The notes under the pieces: model-generated
Database searches by the model: none
What the model was told of the DNA's origin: nothing
Seen by the model: the letters and a program-made list of their open reading frames with translations, nothing else
Part shown: one piece after another, positions 31,615-41,473 of the stretch
How the letters are laid out: every line of letters begins with the position of its first letter
Position numbering within the stretch: position 1 is the stretch's first letter
From: an uncultured Burkholderiaceae bacterium
GTDB lineage: Bacteria > Pseudomonadota > Gammaproteobacteria > Burkholderiales > Burkholderiaceae_C
Assembly (NCBI GenBank): GCA_964439605.1
Contig: CAYTPC010000146.1
Location: 17,602-81,601 of the forward strand
Direction of reading: 5' to 3'
DNA: 64,000 bases
Position numbers and translations under genes: made by a program

Positions 31615-33894
31615 TCAATCCTGCTGGGGGGCATCGCTACCCGCAGATTGCTGCTGTGGCTGGCTGGCGATCGCATCATCGGCCTCGCCGCCCACAACGT
31701 ACGATGGACGTTCACTGCGGTCACTGCGTTCCCCGCGTTCGCGGCGCTCGCGACGCTCACCTCGCTCCTCGCGCGGCGGACGATCACCCTCGATGCCAGC
31801 CGGACGCTCAAGCAATGCCTTCATCGACAGTTTGACGCGGCCCTTGTCGTCGGTCTCCAGTACCTTGACCTTGACGATCTGGCCTTCGGTCAAGTAATCG
31901 CCGACTTTCTCGACGCGCTCGTGTGCGATCTGGCTGATGTGCAATAAGCCGTCCTTGCCAGGCAACAAATTGATCAGCGCGCCAAAATCCAGCAGCTTGG
32001 TGACGGGGCCTTCGTAAATCTTGCCGACTTCGACTTCCGCCGTCAGCTCTTCGATGCGGCGCTTGGCTTCATCGGCCTTGACGCTGTCGTTGGAGGCGAT
32101 GGTGATGGTGCCGTCTTCGGAAATGTCGATCTGGGTGCCGGTTTCCTCGGTCAGCGCGCGGATGGTCGCGCCGCCTTTGCCGATCACGTCCCGGATCTTC
32201 TCGGGATTGATCTTCATCGTGAACAGCTTGGGCGCGAAGCTGCTGATTTCGGTCTTGGCCTGCCCCATTGCTTCCTGCATCTTGCCCAGGATGTGCATGC
32301 GCGCTTCCTTGGCCTGCGCCAGCGCGACCTGCATGATTTCCTTGGTGATGCCCTGGATTTTGATGTCCATCTGCAAGGCGGTGATGCCGTTGGTCGTGCC
32401 TGCCACCTTGAAGTCCATGTCGCCCAGGTGGTCTTCATCGCCGAGGATGTCGGTGAGCACCGCGAAGCGGTTGCCTTCCTTGATCAGGCCCATCGCGATA
32501 CCGGCCACGTGCGCCTTCATCGGCACGCCCGCGTCCATCATGGACAGACAGCCGCCGCACACCGAGGCCATCGACGAAGAACCGTTCGATTCCGTGATTT
32601 CGCTGACGACGCGGATGGTATAGGGGAACTCGTCTTTGTCGGGCAGGCACGCGACCAGCGCGCGCTTGGCCAGGCGGCCGTGCCCGACTTCGCGGCGCTT
32701 GGTCGAGCCCATGCGGCCAACTTCGCCCGTGGCAAACGGCGGCATGTTGTAGTGAAACAGAAAGCGATCCTCGAATTCGCCGGCCAGCGCGTCGATGCGC
32801 TGCGCGTCGCGCTCGGTGCCCAGCGTGGTGATGACCAGCGCCTGCGTCTCACCGCGCGTGAACAGCGCCGAGCCGTGGGTGCGCGGCAGCACCGCGTTGC
32901 GGATTTCGATCGGGCGCACGGTGCGCGTGTCGCGCCCGTCAATGCGCGGCTCGCCCGCGAGAATCTGGCCGCGCACGATGCCTGCCTCGATTTCGAACAA
33001 CAAGGTATCGACCTTGACCGGATCGAACGGTACGCCTTCGCTGGCAAGCGACTCTTTCACGCTGGCCGCGGCTTCGCGCAGCGCGTGCGTGCGCACCTGC
33101 TTGCTGCGGATCTGATAGGCCGCGCGCAATTTGTCCTCGGCCAGTTGCGTGACTCCGGCGATAAAGGTTTCGTCTTTGGGCGGCGGCTGCCAATCCCACG
33201 TGGGCTTGCCCGCCTCGCGGACCAGTTCATGGATGGCCTCGATGGCGATGCCGGCTTGCTCGTGACCGAACACGACGCCGCCGAGCATGATTTCCTCGGA
33301 CAATTGCAGCGCCTCGGATTCGACCATGAGCACCGCCGTTTCGGTGCCCGCAACCACCAAATCCATCTGCGAATTCTTGCGTGCGCTCGGGCCGGGGTTG
33401 AGCACGTACTGCCCGTTCACATAACCCACGCGGGCGGCGCCGATCGGGCCGTTGAACGGAATGCCCGAGATGGACAGCGCGGCGCTGGTGGCGATCATCG
33501 CGGCAATGTCGGCATCGACTTCGGGATTGAGCGACAGCGTGTGGATCACCACACGCACTTCGTTATAGAAGCCATCGGGGAACAGCGGACGGATCGGGCG
33601 GTCGATCAGGCGCGAGGTCAGCGTTTCCAACTCGCTGGGCTTGGCTTCGCGCTTGAAGAAGCTGCCCGGGATCTTGCCGGCGGCGTAGGTTTTCTCGATG
33701 TAATCGACCGTCAGCGGGAAGAAGTCCTGCCCCGGCTTGGCGGTCTTGGAGGCGACCACGGTGGCCAGCACCACGGTGTCATCGATATTGACCAGCACCG
33801 CGCCCGTGGCCTGGCGCGCGATCTCGCCGGTTTCCATGACGACGGTCTTGTCGCCCCACTGGAAGGTTTTGGTGATTTTGTTGAAGAGGCTCAT
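31615..33894 (-). CDS. pnp: Polyribonucleotide nucleotidyltransferase (PNPase) with an Arg/Glu-rich C-terminal tail
   Basis: 759 aa. Two RNase PH domains (…[10 protein letters not shown]…), KH (…[17 protein letters not shown]…), S1 (…[10 protein letters not shown]…), then an [20 protein letters not shown]… tail. Confidence 0.95.
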   Translation of the reverse strand: MSLFNKITKTFQWGDKTVVMETGEIARQATGAVLVNIDDTVVLATVVASKTAKPGQDFFPLTVDYIEKTYAAGKIPGSFFKREAKPSELETLTSRLIDRPIRPLFPDGFYNEVRVVIHTLSLNPEVDADIAAMIATSAALSISGIPFNGPIGAARVGYVNGQYVLNPGPSARKNSQMDLVVAGTETAVLMVESEALQLSEEIMLGGVVFGHEQAGIAIEAIHELVREAGKPTWDWQPPPKDETFIAGVTQLAEDKLRAAYQIRSKQVRTHALREAAASVKESLASEGVPFDPVKVDTLLFEIEAGIVRGQILAGEPRIDGRDTRTVRPIEIRNAVLPRTHGSALFTRGETQALVITTLGTERDAQRIDALAGEFEDRFLFHYNMPPFATGEVGRMGSTKRREVGHGRLAKRALVACLPDKDEFPYTIRVVSEITESNGSSSMASVCGGCLSMMDAGVPMKAHVAGIAMGLIKEGNRFAVLTDILGDEDHLGDMDFKVAGTTNGITALQMDIKIQGITKEIMQVALAQAKEARMHILGKMQEAMGQAKTEISSFAPKLFTMKINPEKIRDVIGKGGATIRALTEETGTQIDISEDGTITIASNDSVKADEAKRRIEELTAEVEVGKIYEGPVTKLLDFGALINLLPGKDGLLHISQIAHERVEKVGDYLTEGQIVKVKVLETDDKGRVKLSMKALLERPAGIEGDRPPREERGERRERRERGERSDRSERPSYVVGGEADDAIASQPQQQSAGSDAPQQD

Positions 33895-33960
33895 GGTTGC
33901 TCCTGTGTGAATGGCGGGCCTGCAGGCCCGCGAGCGTTGAAGCGCAATTCAGAAACACGA

Positions 33961-34008
33961 TGCCATTCCAACGGGATCCGGGGCCGGACAGATGCCGTTG
34001 GAATGACA
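33961..34008 (-). promoter_or_regulatory. Long stem-loop in the pnp 5' leader; candidate RNase III/PNPase autoregulatory hairpin
   Basis: cattccaacgg (33964-33974) pairs with ccgttggaatg (33995-34005), with further flanking pairs. It lies between the rpsO terminator and the pnp start, as does the E. coli pnp leader hairpin. Confidence 0.4.
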
Positions 34009-34046
34009 CAGCTTCGCTCTGATTGCTCTCCCTCGGGATACGCAAA

Positions 34047-34082
34047 GCAAAAAACGCCTGAGTAGTACTTCTAACTCAGGCG
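34047..34082 (-). terminator. Rho-independent terminator downstream of rpsO
   Basis: Minus strand reads CGCCTGAGT-TAGAAGTACT-ACTCAGGCG followed by TTTTTTGC. A 9-bp stem, 20 nt after the rpsO stop. Confidence 0.65.
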
Positions 34083-34101
34083 CTTGCTGCATGTGTTTGG
34101 T

Positions 34102-34368
34102 TTACTTGCGCAGACCCAGCTTGGCGATCAGCGCGGTGTAGCGGTCGGCGTCCTTGGACTTGAGGTAGTCCAGGAGCTTGCGGCGGCGGCTCACCATGCG
34201 CAGCAAACCGCGCCGGCCATGATGATCCTTGGCATGCGTCTTGAAGTGCGGGGTGAGTTCGTTGATGCGCGCGGTGAGCAGGGCGACCTGCACTTCAGGG
34301 CTGCCGGTGTCGTTGGCGGCGCGCGCGTTGTCCTTGACGATAGTGGCCTTAGCCGAGGCTGCGATCAT
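34102..34368 (-). CDS. rpsO: 30S ribosomal protein S15
   Basis: Start ATG 34368 ([69 protein letters not shown]…), 88 aa. Confidence 0.95.
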   Translation of the reverse strand: MIAASAKATIVKDNARAANDTGSPEVQVALLTARINELTPHFKTHAKDHHGRRGLLRMVSRRRKLLDYLKSKDADRYTALIAKLGLRK

Positions 34369-34404
34369 ATGGAAGTTTTCCTCGTTCCGGGATGTTTGAC
34401 TTGC

Positions 34405-34488
34405 GGCAGGCGCTGGAACTGCGCCTGCCGTGCGTTCTGCAAAATGCAAAACCCTTCAATTATAGCCGCCGGGTGCAACTTATTGAAA
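34405..34488 (-). promoter_or_regulatory. Putative rpsO promoter and 5'-leader hairpin
   Basis: Minus strand: TTTCAA (34488-34483), 18-nt spacer, TATAAT (34464-34459). Downstream is a 9-bp hairpin GGCAGGCGC/GCGCCTGCC (34405-34429) just ahead of the rpsO RBS. This could be an S15 autoregulatory leader. Confidence 0.35.
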
Positions 34489-34518
34489 CATCCAAACATC
34501 CCTGGAACTTGACGCGCG

Positions 34519-36876
34519 TTAGAACTTGACGTTCATCCCCAGATAGAACGAACGCCCCATGCCCGGAACGGCAATGCCCCACGGAACGTTCAGCGACATG
34601 GTGCTGCCCTGGCCGATATACGCGCCGCCGGTCGGCAGGTAGTAGTGCTTGTTGAACAGGTTTGCAACGCCGAAATCGAATCTCGCCTGCTTCCACGCGT
34701 AACTGGCGCGCAGATTGACGAGCATGTAGCCGGGCGTCTTGATTTCGTTGCGTACCGCCGAAATATCGGTCTTTCTTTTGACGCCGACGAGTTCGAGCGC
34801 ATTGCTCCAGGTTGCGTACTCATGGGTCAGCGTCAACTTGGCGTTCAGCGGCATGGTGTTGTAGAGGCCATCGCCGGTGTCGCGGTTTTTGCCGTTGGTG
34901 TAGCTGACGAGACCCTTGAGGCCGAACTCGCCCACGCCGGTTTTTGCCAGCGGCATCTGGCCCGAGATGTCGACGCCATACAGCCGCGCCTTCTGGTTGG
35001 CGTACCGAAGACCCACGAAACGGTCGGTCGCGCAGCCGGCCGCGGAGGCGCACACTGCGTCGATGTAGTCGTTGATGCGGCTGTAGTAAGGCGTCACCTT
35101 GAGGCGGGTTGTGCCGTCGGCGCTATGCCAGTCGCCTGTCACGCTGAGGGTATTGGCGACTTCCGGTTTCAGGTTGGGGTTGCCGAGATAGCCATTGCCG
35201 TCACCGACGAAGTTGTTCATCGCCAGCGCCATGCCATTGGTCGACCAGGCGTAGCGCTCATAGAGATTCGGCGAGCGGGTCTTGCGCGCAAAACCGAACT
35301 CGTAGCTGCTCGTCGCATCCGGCGTGTACCGTCCGAGCGCCGTGACATCCCAGTTGTTGTCGGCGCGGCGGCGATCCATGGAATTGAAAGCATCGAGCGT
35401 GCCCACCGAACTGGCTGCGTACGTGGGCATGTTGCTGTAGCCATGTACCGGGCCGGTATCCGAGGTCACCCGCTCGAAGCGCGCGCCAACCAGCGAAAGC
35501 CAGTTTTGCGCCCAGTTGGCTTCCCATTCGGCGAACGCGCCGGTCCGATCCCGCTTGCCATTGTTGATGTTGAGGAAAGTCAGTGGCGCCATGCCGCTCT
35601 GACAGTTGCCGACGCCGCAATTAGGCGATGGCGGCCATGTGTCATCGAGGCGGTAACGCAAGTACTCGCCGCCGACGCGCAGCAAATCCCGGTCCGCGAG
35701 GTTGATGTTGGCTTTGACGGAGGCGCCCGTCGTTTTGCCATGCGTGTTCATGGGCATGCCCATCGTGGTGTAGGTCACCCCGGGCGTGGTCAAGGATGCC
35801 ACGGTGCCAAAGACGTATCGCCTGTCGGGGCCGAAGTCCATGTAATGGTCCACCGTCTCGCGATAGGCGCGCGCCTCGAATTCGCCCCAGTTGAAAGCCC
35901 CGAGATAGCGCAGATTGAAACGGCGCGCCGTGTTGCCCAGCATGTCCATGTGCTGATTCGGATACAGCTCGTAGGGGATGTCCTGGTAGTTGTAACGCGC
36001 TTCGATCAGGTGGTTGTCGGCGCGAAAGGCGAGACCGAGCGCGTGGTTGCGCGTCTGGTAGGCGCTCGATCCGACTTCGTCCAAAGGCAGTGTATGCCCC
36101 GGACGGGCGGTTTCCATCGTGGTCTTGAAGTCGCCGCCGGCCTTGTAATTTCCGGACTTGGCATAGGAGCCGGTGTAGTTCAGGCTGAACATTTCGTTCG
36201 CGAAAGTCGCCGCCGCGTTGACGCCGCGCGCGTCGCCGTTGCTGCGATAGAAGCCGCCCAGTTCTCCCTCCTTGAGCAGGCCCTCGCCGGGGCGGGCGAA
36301 CTTGGGCGCGACCGATCCGGCAATGATGCTGCCGCCGATGCTGTCGCCGCCAACGCTGACGGGCGCGATATTGCTGTGAACCTTCAAGAATCCGACCTCG
36401 CTCGGCGCCAGATAGGACAGCGGCGGATTCATGTGATTCGGGCAGGACGAGGTCAAATCCATGCCATCGACCTTGATGCGCAGCCGGTCATCGGCCAGGC
36501 CCTGAATCACGGGCAGGCTCGAAACGCCGCCGGCCCCGCGCAAACTGACGCCCGGGGTGTCGGCGAGCAGCGATGCCGTGTCGCTGGTGGCCGAGCGCAT
36601 GCCTTCGATGTGGCTGCGGTCGACGGTTGTCGCCGCCGGCGTTGGCGCCGTATCGGTCACGGTGATCGTCGGCAGCGTGGCTTCCCGGGGGGGCGGGGGA
36701 TGGTTGTCGTTGCCATCGGCGTGAGCCGGTAATACGGCGGCTCCGAATGCCATCGCGATGAGCATGGACAGCCGATGGAGACGGGGCTGGAAAATCGTTG
36801 ATGACGTTGATGAATCAGCATGCGCAAGCTGGGGCATGACAGCGCGCCCGCGCCCGCGTGATGAAAATGTGGACAT
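34519..36876 (-). CDS. TonB-dependent outer-membrane receptor (possibly copper/metal type)
   Basis: Start ATG 36876 is preferred because AAGGAAG lies 7 nt upstream. Signal peptide …MLIAMAFGAAVLPAHA. Plug region …LPVIQGLADDRLRIKVDGMDL…. C-terminal barrel ends …FYLGMNVKF. CPNHM (CxxxM) lies at 36430-36444. Confidence 0.85.
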   Translation of the reverse strand: MSTFSSRGRGRAVMPQLAHADSSTSSTIFQPRLHRLSMLIAMAFGAAVLPAHADGNDNHPPPPREATLPTITVTDTAPTPAATTVDRSHIEGMRSATSDTASLLADTPGVSLRGAGGVSSLPVIQGLADDRLRIKVDGMDLTSSCPNHMNPPLSYLAPSEVGFLKVHSNIAPVSVGGDSIGGSIIAGSVAPKFARPGEGLLKEGELGGFYRSNGDARGVNAAATFANEMFSLNYTGSYAKSGNYKAGGDFKTTMETARPGHTLPLDEVGSSAYQTRNHALGLAFRADNHLIEARYNYQDIPYELYPNQHMDMLGNTARRFNLRYLGAFNWGEFEARAYRETVDHYMDFGPDRRYVFGTVASLTTPGVTYTTMGMPMNTHGKTTGASVKANINLADRDLLRVGGEYLRYRLDDTWPPSPNCGVGNCQSGMAPLTFLNINNGKRDRTGAFAEWEANWAQNWLSLVGARFERVTSDTGPVHGYSNMPTYAASSVGTLDAFNSMDRRRADNNWDVTALGRYTPDATSSYEFGFARKTRSPNLYERYAWSTNGMALAMNNFVGDGNGYLGNPNLKPEVANTLSVTGDWHSADGTTRLKVTPYYSRINDYIDAVCASAAGCATDRFVGLRYANQKARLYGVDISGQMPLAKTGVGEFGLKGLVSYTNGKNRDTGDGLYNTMPLNAKLTLTHEYATWSNALELVGVKRKTDISAVRNEIKTPGYMLVNLRASYAWKQARFDFGVANLFNKHYYLPTGGAYIGQGSTMSLNVPWGIAVPGMGRSFYLGMNVKF

Positions 36877-36954
36877 TGATGGTCTTCCTTGAACTTCAAT
36901 TGCAAAAACCAACGCCGCTGCGGCAAGGCCGCGAAACGGTGCGTTGAAAAAATC

Positions 36955-37344
36955 TCAGCTTTGCAAGGAAGCCGCCGGCGGCCCGCGTGGCGAGGCGGTC
37001 GAAACGGAAGGTTTTCCGCTGACGCGCGTGGGTTTGGCGGCAAGGGTCTCGGCAACGAACGGCGTTGGCGCCGGTATGGCCATGCCAACGCCGGGGACTG
37101 CGGGGCTGTGGGCGGCCAGGAAACAGTAGCCGCATTTTTCCATCGACTGCGGCAGGCCATCCGGTGCGCCGGGCGTCGCCGGATGGGAAGACTCAATTTG
37201 TCCCATTGCCGACGAGCAGATGATGTCGACGGACCCTGCGGCACGGGCAGCATGGATTTGCGAGATGACCGGCATCACGCAGACGAGCCATATCGCCAGC
37301 ATGGCGAGCCAGGCGATTCGGCGTTGGAGTCGTGGACGGATCAT
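36955..37344 (-). CDS. DUF2946-like small secreted/membrane protein (CGYC motif)
   Basis: 129 aa. N-terminal TM/signal RRIAWLAMLAIWLVCVMPVISQIHA, then …SMEKCGYCFLAAH…. This is the pattern I associate with DUF2946 proteins next to TonB-dependent receptors. Confidence 0.55.
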   Translation of the reverse strand: MIRPRLQRRIAWLAMLAIWLVCVMPVISQIHAARAAGSVDIICSSAMGQIESSHPATPGAPDGLPQSMEKCGYCFLAAHSPAVPGVGMAIPAPTPFVAETLAAKPTRVSGKPSVSTASPRGPPAASLQS

Positions 37345-37534
37345 GAGCGATTACTTACCTTGGTGCTGCCGGATACGGCCGGTTCCTTTCATGCGCGCGA
37401 ACTTGCCGCGTTTGCCGCGTCGTGCCAGCCATCACGCGCTGGAAGGTGTCAGATGGAGTGGTTTGCTTGTGGCGACAGCCGGACGTGGCAACCCATAGGC
37501 GACACGCCCGCAGCGGCGAAATCAGCGAACCGGA

Positions 37535-37891
37535 TCAGGCCAGGGATGGAGGCCCGCGCGCGGGCAGCGGGGCGCCCACGAGCGCGGTGACGTGCGCCGC
37601 GATGATGGGCGCAAGCGCGAGCGCCAAGGGCGCGGGCGCTGGCATATCCGCGATCGCCACTGGCGGCGGTGCGGCGGCCAGAAGACACATCGAGCAGTCC
37701 AGGCTGTGCTGGTCCGTCTGCGCGGGCTGGCCATCGTCGGTGAAGATGACTTTGACGGAGCTTCCGGTGGAGCACACCACTTCCATCGTTTTGGGGTGGA
37801 CGATGGGTGATATGCCCGCGACGCCCAGCACCCAGAGGAACCACGCCAAAACCAGGCGGGTCAGTATGGGGGACGTGCGAAGCCAGTGCAT
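37535..37891 (-). CDS. DUF2946-like small secreted/membrane protein, second paralogue (DCSMC motif)
   Basis: Start ATG 37891 (MHWLRTSPILTRLVLAWFLWVLGVAG…) is preferred over the track's TTG 37963. Contains …DQHSLDCSMCLLAAAPPP…. Confidence 0.5.
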   Translation of the reverse strand: MHWLRTSPILTRLVLAWFLWVLGVAGISPIVHPKTMEVVCSTGSSVKVIFTDDGQPAQTDQHSLDCSMCLLAAAPPPVAIADMPAPAPLALALAPIIAAHVTALVGAPLPARGPPSLA

Positions 37892-37970
37892 CCAAACATT
37901 ATCGGCCGAAACCCTTGGATTACGGCTGCTGCGCCTTGCGCGTACGGATGTCTTTTTCAACAAAGGATGA

Positions 37971-39263
37971 TCAATCCGGCCTTTGCATCCTGCATGCCGT
38001 CGTCATCTCGGCCTTCTTTGCCGAAAGGGTCTTGATCACGCGAAAACCGTAGTCCGAGCCCTCGACGCCGAAACGCACGCCGGGCGCCCCTTGCCGCTGC
38101 ATCAGGCCCACCACCAGCGGCTGCTGGAACTGATGATCGGCCGCGCGCATCCAGCCGTGCTGTCCGGCCAGGCGAACGTCCGCACGCTCCAGCGCCCGCG
38201 CCAGCGCGACCGCTTCGGTGCCGCCGGCGCGCTCGATTGCCTGCGCCAGCGCCTCGATCATGAGCTGCATGCGCAAATGCACGTAGTCGTCGGCCGGATT
38301 CGGAAAGCGTTCGCGGAAAGACCGGTAGAACGACTCGGCTTCGGCGGTCTGCACGTTGGGCAGCCAATCGGCGACCGCGATCACGCGGCCGATGCCCGCG
38401 TCGCCTATTGCCGCCGGAGCGCCTAGCGCGTTGCCGTAGAAGGTGTAGAACTTGCACCGGTGGCCCGCATCGTGCAAGGCTTTGATCAGCAGCGTGAGAT
38501 CGTTGCCCCAGTTGCCCGTGACCACGGCTTGCGCGCCGCTGGCGGCAATCTTGGCGGCATAGGGCGCGAAATCCTTGACCCGGCCCAGCGGGTGCAATTC
38601 GTCGCCAACGATGCGGATATCCGGACGCAACAGCGCCAACTGGCGGCGCGATTCGCGCAGCACCGATTGGCCAAAGCTGTAGTCCTGCCCGATCAGGTAC
38701 ACGCGCTTGACGGCCGCATCGTCGCGCAACACCGACATCAGCGCGTTCACGCGCATGCCGGCGTGCGCGTCGAAGCGGAAATGCCAGAAGCTGCACCGTT
38801 CGTTGGTCAGCGCCGGATCAATCGCCGAGTAGTTCAGGAAAATGACCTGTCGCGCGGGATCTCGCGCGTTGTTCTTCTCAATGGTGTCGATCAGCGCGGC
38901 TGCCGTGGCTGAAGAGTTGCCTTGCATCACGACGCGCGTGCCTTTGTCGATCGCGGCACGCAAGGCCGACAGCGCCGCCTCGTTCTGGCCTTCGCTGTCG
39001 TAGGTATCCAGGCGCAAGGGCCGCGCACCGCCCGGCATCGGAATACCGCCGCGCGCATTGACGCGCTCCGTGGCCCAGAGGATGTTGTGCAGCACCGCTT
39101 TGCCGGTATTGGCGAAAGGCCCGCTCATACTTTCGATCAACGCAATACGGATCGGCTCGGCGGTTTCTTGCCCCCGCGAGGGCGAAGGCGTAAAGGCGCA
39201 AGCACATAGAGCCGCCGCGCTCCATTTCAAGGTTTGGCGGCGCGAAATATCTGTTGTTTTCAT
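37971..39263 (-). CDS. Periplasmic substrate-binding protein, LivK/Peripla_BP_6-like, orphan, with a Tat-type signal
   Basis: Start ATG 39263 (MKTTDISRRQTLKWSAAALCACAF…, twin-arginine SRRQTLK). …IRIALIESMSGPFANTGKAV… is typical of the family. No cognate permease or ATPase gene is adjacent. Confidence 0.75.
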   Translation of the reverse strand: MKTTDISRRQTLKWSAAALCACAFTPSPSRGQETAEPIRIALIESMSGPFANTGKAVLHNILWATERVNARGGIPMPGGARPLRLDTYDSEGQNEAALSALRAAIDKGTRVVMQGNSSATAAALIDTIEKNNARDPARQVIFLNYSAIDPALTNERCSFWHFRFDAHAGMRVNALMSVLRDDAAVKRVYLIGQDYSFGQSVLRESRRQLALLRPDIRIVGDELHPLGRVKDFAPYAAKIAASGAQAVVTGNWGNDLTLLIKALHDAGHRCKFYTFYGNALGAPAAIGDAGIGRVIAVADWLPNVQTAEAESFYRSFRERFPNPADDYVHLRMQLMIEALAQAIERAGGTEAVALARALERADVRLAGQHGWMRAADHQFQQPLVVGLMQRQGAPGVRFGVEGSDYGFRVIKTLSAKKAEMTTACRMQRPD

Positions 39264-39266
39264 TCT

Positions 39267-39295
39267 CTTGAAACCCCGGCATGCACACCCAAGAT
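39267..39295 (+). promoter_or_regulatory. Sigma-32-like promoter upstream of hsp20
   Basis: CTTGAAA (39267-39273), 14-nt spacer, CCCAAGAT (39288-39295), compared with the consensus CTTGAAA-N13-14-CCCCATnT. About 100 nt upstream of the hsp20 ATG. Confidence 0.35.
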
Positions 39296-39391
39296 GGGAA
39301 AGCATGCGGCATCCGAAATAGAAGCCGCGTAGTGTAGTAACGGGTACGCCACCGAAAACACCACCCAAATCAATTGTCAAGGAGTTTCACC

Positions 39392-39766
39392 ATGTTCTTC
39401 GCACCAACTGTTGACGCCTACACCTGCTCCCCGCGCGCGTGGGACCGTCATTTCGAGCGCTTCGTCAAGGACGCGCTCACGCGGCCCGCGCAGCGTTCGC
39501 TTCAGATCCAGCAGGACGACAAGAACTGGACGCTTTCGCTCGACGTGCCCGGCCTGGCACGGGAAGACCTGAATGTCTCGATCGAGGGCGCCGTGGTGCG
39601 CATCGAAAGCAAGGCCGAGGCCAAGCGCCAGGTGCGCGTCGCTTATGAATTGCCGCTCGAAATCGATGCTGCCGCCAGCCAGGCCAAGCTCGAAAACGGC
39701 GTGCTCGAACTCAAGCTCGCCAAAAAACTGCCCGAAAGCAAGGTGCGCGTACTGGCCGTCCAGTAA
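39392..39766 (+). CDS. Small heat-shock protein (Hsp20/alpha-crystallin family)
   Basis: ATG 39392 is preceded by AAGGAG. …[28 protein letters not shown]…[14 protein letters not shown]…. Confidence 0.8.
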   Translation: MFFAPTVDAYTCSPRAWDRHFERFVKDALTRPAQRSLQIQQDDKNWTLSLDVPGLAREDLNVSIEGAVVRIESKAEAKRQVRVAYELPLEIDAAASQAKLENGVLELKLAKKLPESKVRVLAVQ

Positions 39767-39839
39767 GCAGAGCCGGCAAGAAGGTCTTGGTTCCGGCGGC
39801 CCGTCCGGGCGATGGCCACGAACAGGTAAGCTACGGGCC

Positions 39840-40640
39840 ATGCTTGCCAAACGTATCATTCCTTGCCTGGACGTCACCGGTGGCCGCGTGGTCAAGGGCG
39901 TCAATTTCGTGGAGCTGCGCGATGCGGGCGATCCGGTCGAGATCGCCGCGCGCTACAACGCACAGGGCGCCGATGAGCTGACCTTTCTGGACATCACCGC
40001 CACCAGCGACGGCCGCGACCTGATCCTGCCGATCATCGAGGCCGTGGCCTCGCAAGTGTTCATCCCGCTGACGGTCGGCGGCGGCGTGCGCACGGTCGAT
40101 GACGTGCGGCGCCTGCTCAATGCCGGCGCCGACAAGGTCAGCTTCAACTCGGCCGCGATCGCCAATCCGCAGGTCATCTCCGATGCATCGGCCAAGTATG
40201 GCGCCCAGTGCATCGTGGTGGCGATCGACGCGAAGCGCCGTACTTCCGACGATGCCGCGCGCCCCGGTCCCGACGGGGCGGCTATCGGCCCAGGCTGGGA
40301 TGTTTATAGCCATGGCGGCCGCAAAAACACCGGCTTGGACGCGCTGCGCTGGGCGCGGGAGATGGTGCGGCGCGGCGCCGGGGAGATTTTGTTGACCAGT
40401 ATGGACCGTGACGGCACCAGGATGGGCTTCGACCTCGAACTTACCCGCGCTGTCAGCGACGCAGTCAGCGTGCCGGTGATCGCCTCGGGCGGCGTGGGCA
40501 CGCTCGAACACCTGGCCGATGGCATTCAACTGGGCGGCGCCGATGCGGTGCTGGCCGCGAGCATTTTTCACTACGGCGAATTCACCGTTGGGCAAGCCAA
40601 GGCACTCATGGCTGCGCGCGGTATTCCCGTGCGGCTTTGA
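39840..40640 (+). CDS. hisF: Imidazole glycerol phosphate synthase cyclase subunit
   Basis: ATG 39840 ([23 protein letters not shown]…). …[15 protein letters not shown]…. Confidence 0.95.
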   Translation: MLAKRIIPCLDVTGGRVVKGVNFVELRDAGDPVEIAARYNAQGADELTFLDITATSDGRDLILPIIEAVASQVFIPLTVGGGVRTVDDVRRLLNAGADKVSFNSAAIANPQVISDASAKYGAQCIVVAIDAKRRTSDDAARPGPDGAAIGPGWDVYSHGGRKNTGLDALRWAREMVRRGAGEILLTSMDRDGTRMGFDLELTRAVSDAVSVPVIASGGVGTLEHLADGIQLGGADAVLAASIFHYGEFTVGQAKALMAARGIPVRL

Positions 40641-40661
40641 TCGATTGCGGACAATCCGGAC

Positions 40662-41063
40662 ATGGACTGGCTCGATGAAGTGAAGTGGGACCCCAATGGC
40701 CTCGTACCGGTGATCGCGCAGGAGCGCAGCACGGGCGATGTGCTGATGTTCGCCTGGATGAACCGCCAGGCGCTGATTGAAACCGCCCGGAGCGGGCGTG
40801 CCCACTACTACAGCCGCTCGCGCGGGGCGCTCTGGGCCAAGGGCGAGGAATCCGGCCACTGGCAAGAGGTCCACGAAATGCGCCTTGATTGCGACAACGA
40901 TGTGATCCTGCTCAAAATCACACAGCATGGGCATGATCCGTCAATCGCCTGTCATACTGGGCGCCATAGTTGCTTTTTCCAGGTGTTCATTGACGGTCGC
41001 TGGGTCAGCGACAGGCCGGTTCTCAAGGATCCGGCCGTGATCTACGATGAGTCGAAATCATGA
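40662..41063 (+). CDS. hisI: Phosphoribosyl-AMP cyclohydrolase
   Basis: 133 aa, …[25 protein letters not shown]…[14 protein letters not shown]…[10 protein letters not shown]. Confidence 0.9.
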   Translation: MDWLDEVKWDPNGLVPVIAQERSTGDVLMFAWMNRQALIETARSGRAHYYSRSRGALWAKGEESGHWQEVHEMRLDCDNDVILLKITQHGHDPSIACHTGRHSCFFQVFIDGRWVSDRPVLKDPAVIYDESKS

Positions 41064-41428
41064 ATAGCACCGATATCCTGGATCGCCTTGCGGCCGTGAT
41101 CGAAAGCCGTTTGCCTGGGCGCGGCGGCGACCCCGAAAAGAGCTACGTCGCCCGTTTGCTGCACAAAGGGCCCGATGCCTTCCTCAAGAAGGTAGGCGAA
41201 GAGGCGACCGAATTCGTGATGGCGGCCAAGGACGCCGACCATGGCGCGGATACCCGCAAGGTCGTCAGCGAAGCGGCCGACCTGTGGTTTCACTGCATGG
41301 TCGCATTGGCTCACTACGGCCTGTCGCCACGCGAGGTGATCGCCGAACTCCAGCGTCGTGAAGGCATGAGCGGGATCGAGGAAAAGGCGTCGCGCAAGGC
41401 AAAAGAGCGCGAAACCTCCGGTGATTGA
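41060..41428 (+). CDS. hisE: Phosphoribosyl-ATP pyrophosphatase
   Basis: 122 aa, …[28 protein letters not shown]…[13 protein letters not shown]…. 4-nt overlap with hisI. Confidence 0.9.
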   Translation: MNSTDILDRLAAVIESRLPGRGGDPEKSYVARLLHKGPDAFLKKVGEEATEFVMAAKDADHGADTRKVVSEAADLWFHCMVALAHYGLSPREVIAELQRREGMSGIEEKASRKAKERETSGD

Positions 41429-41473
41429 CGCGAGGATGACGTGAGGAGCCTGCCGCACTCAGGAGAAACCGAT

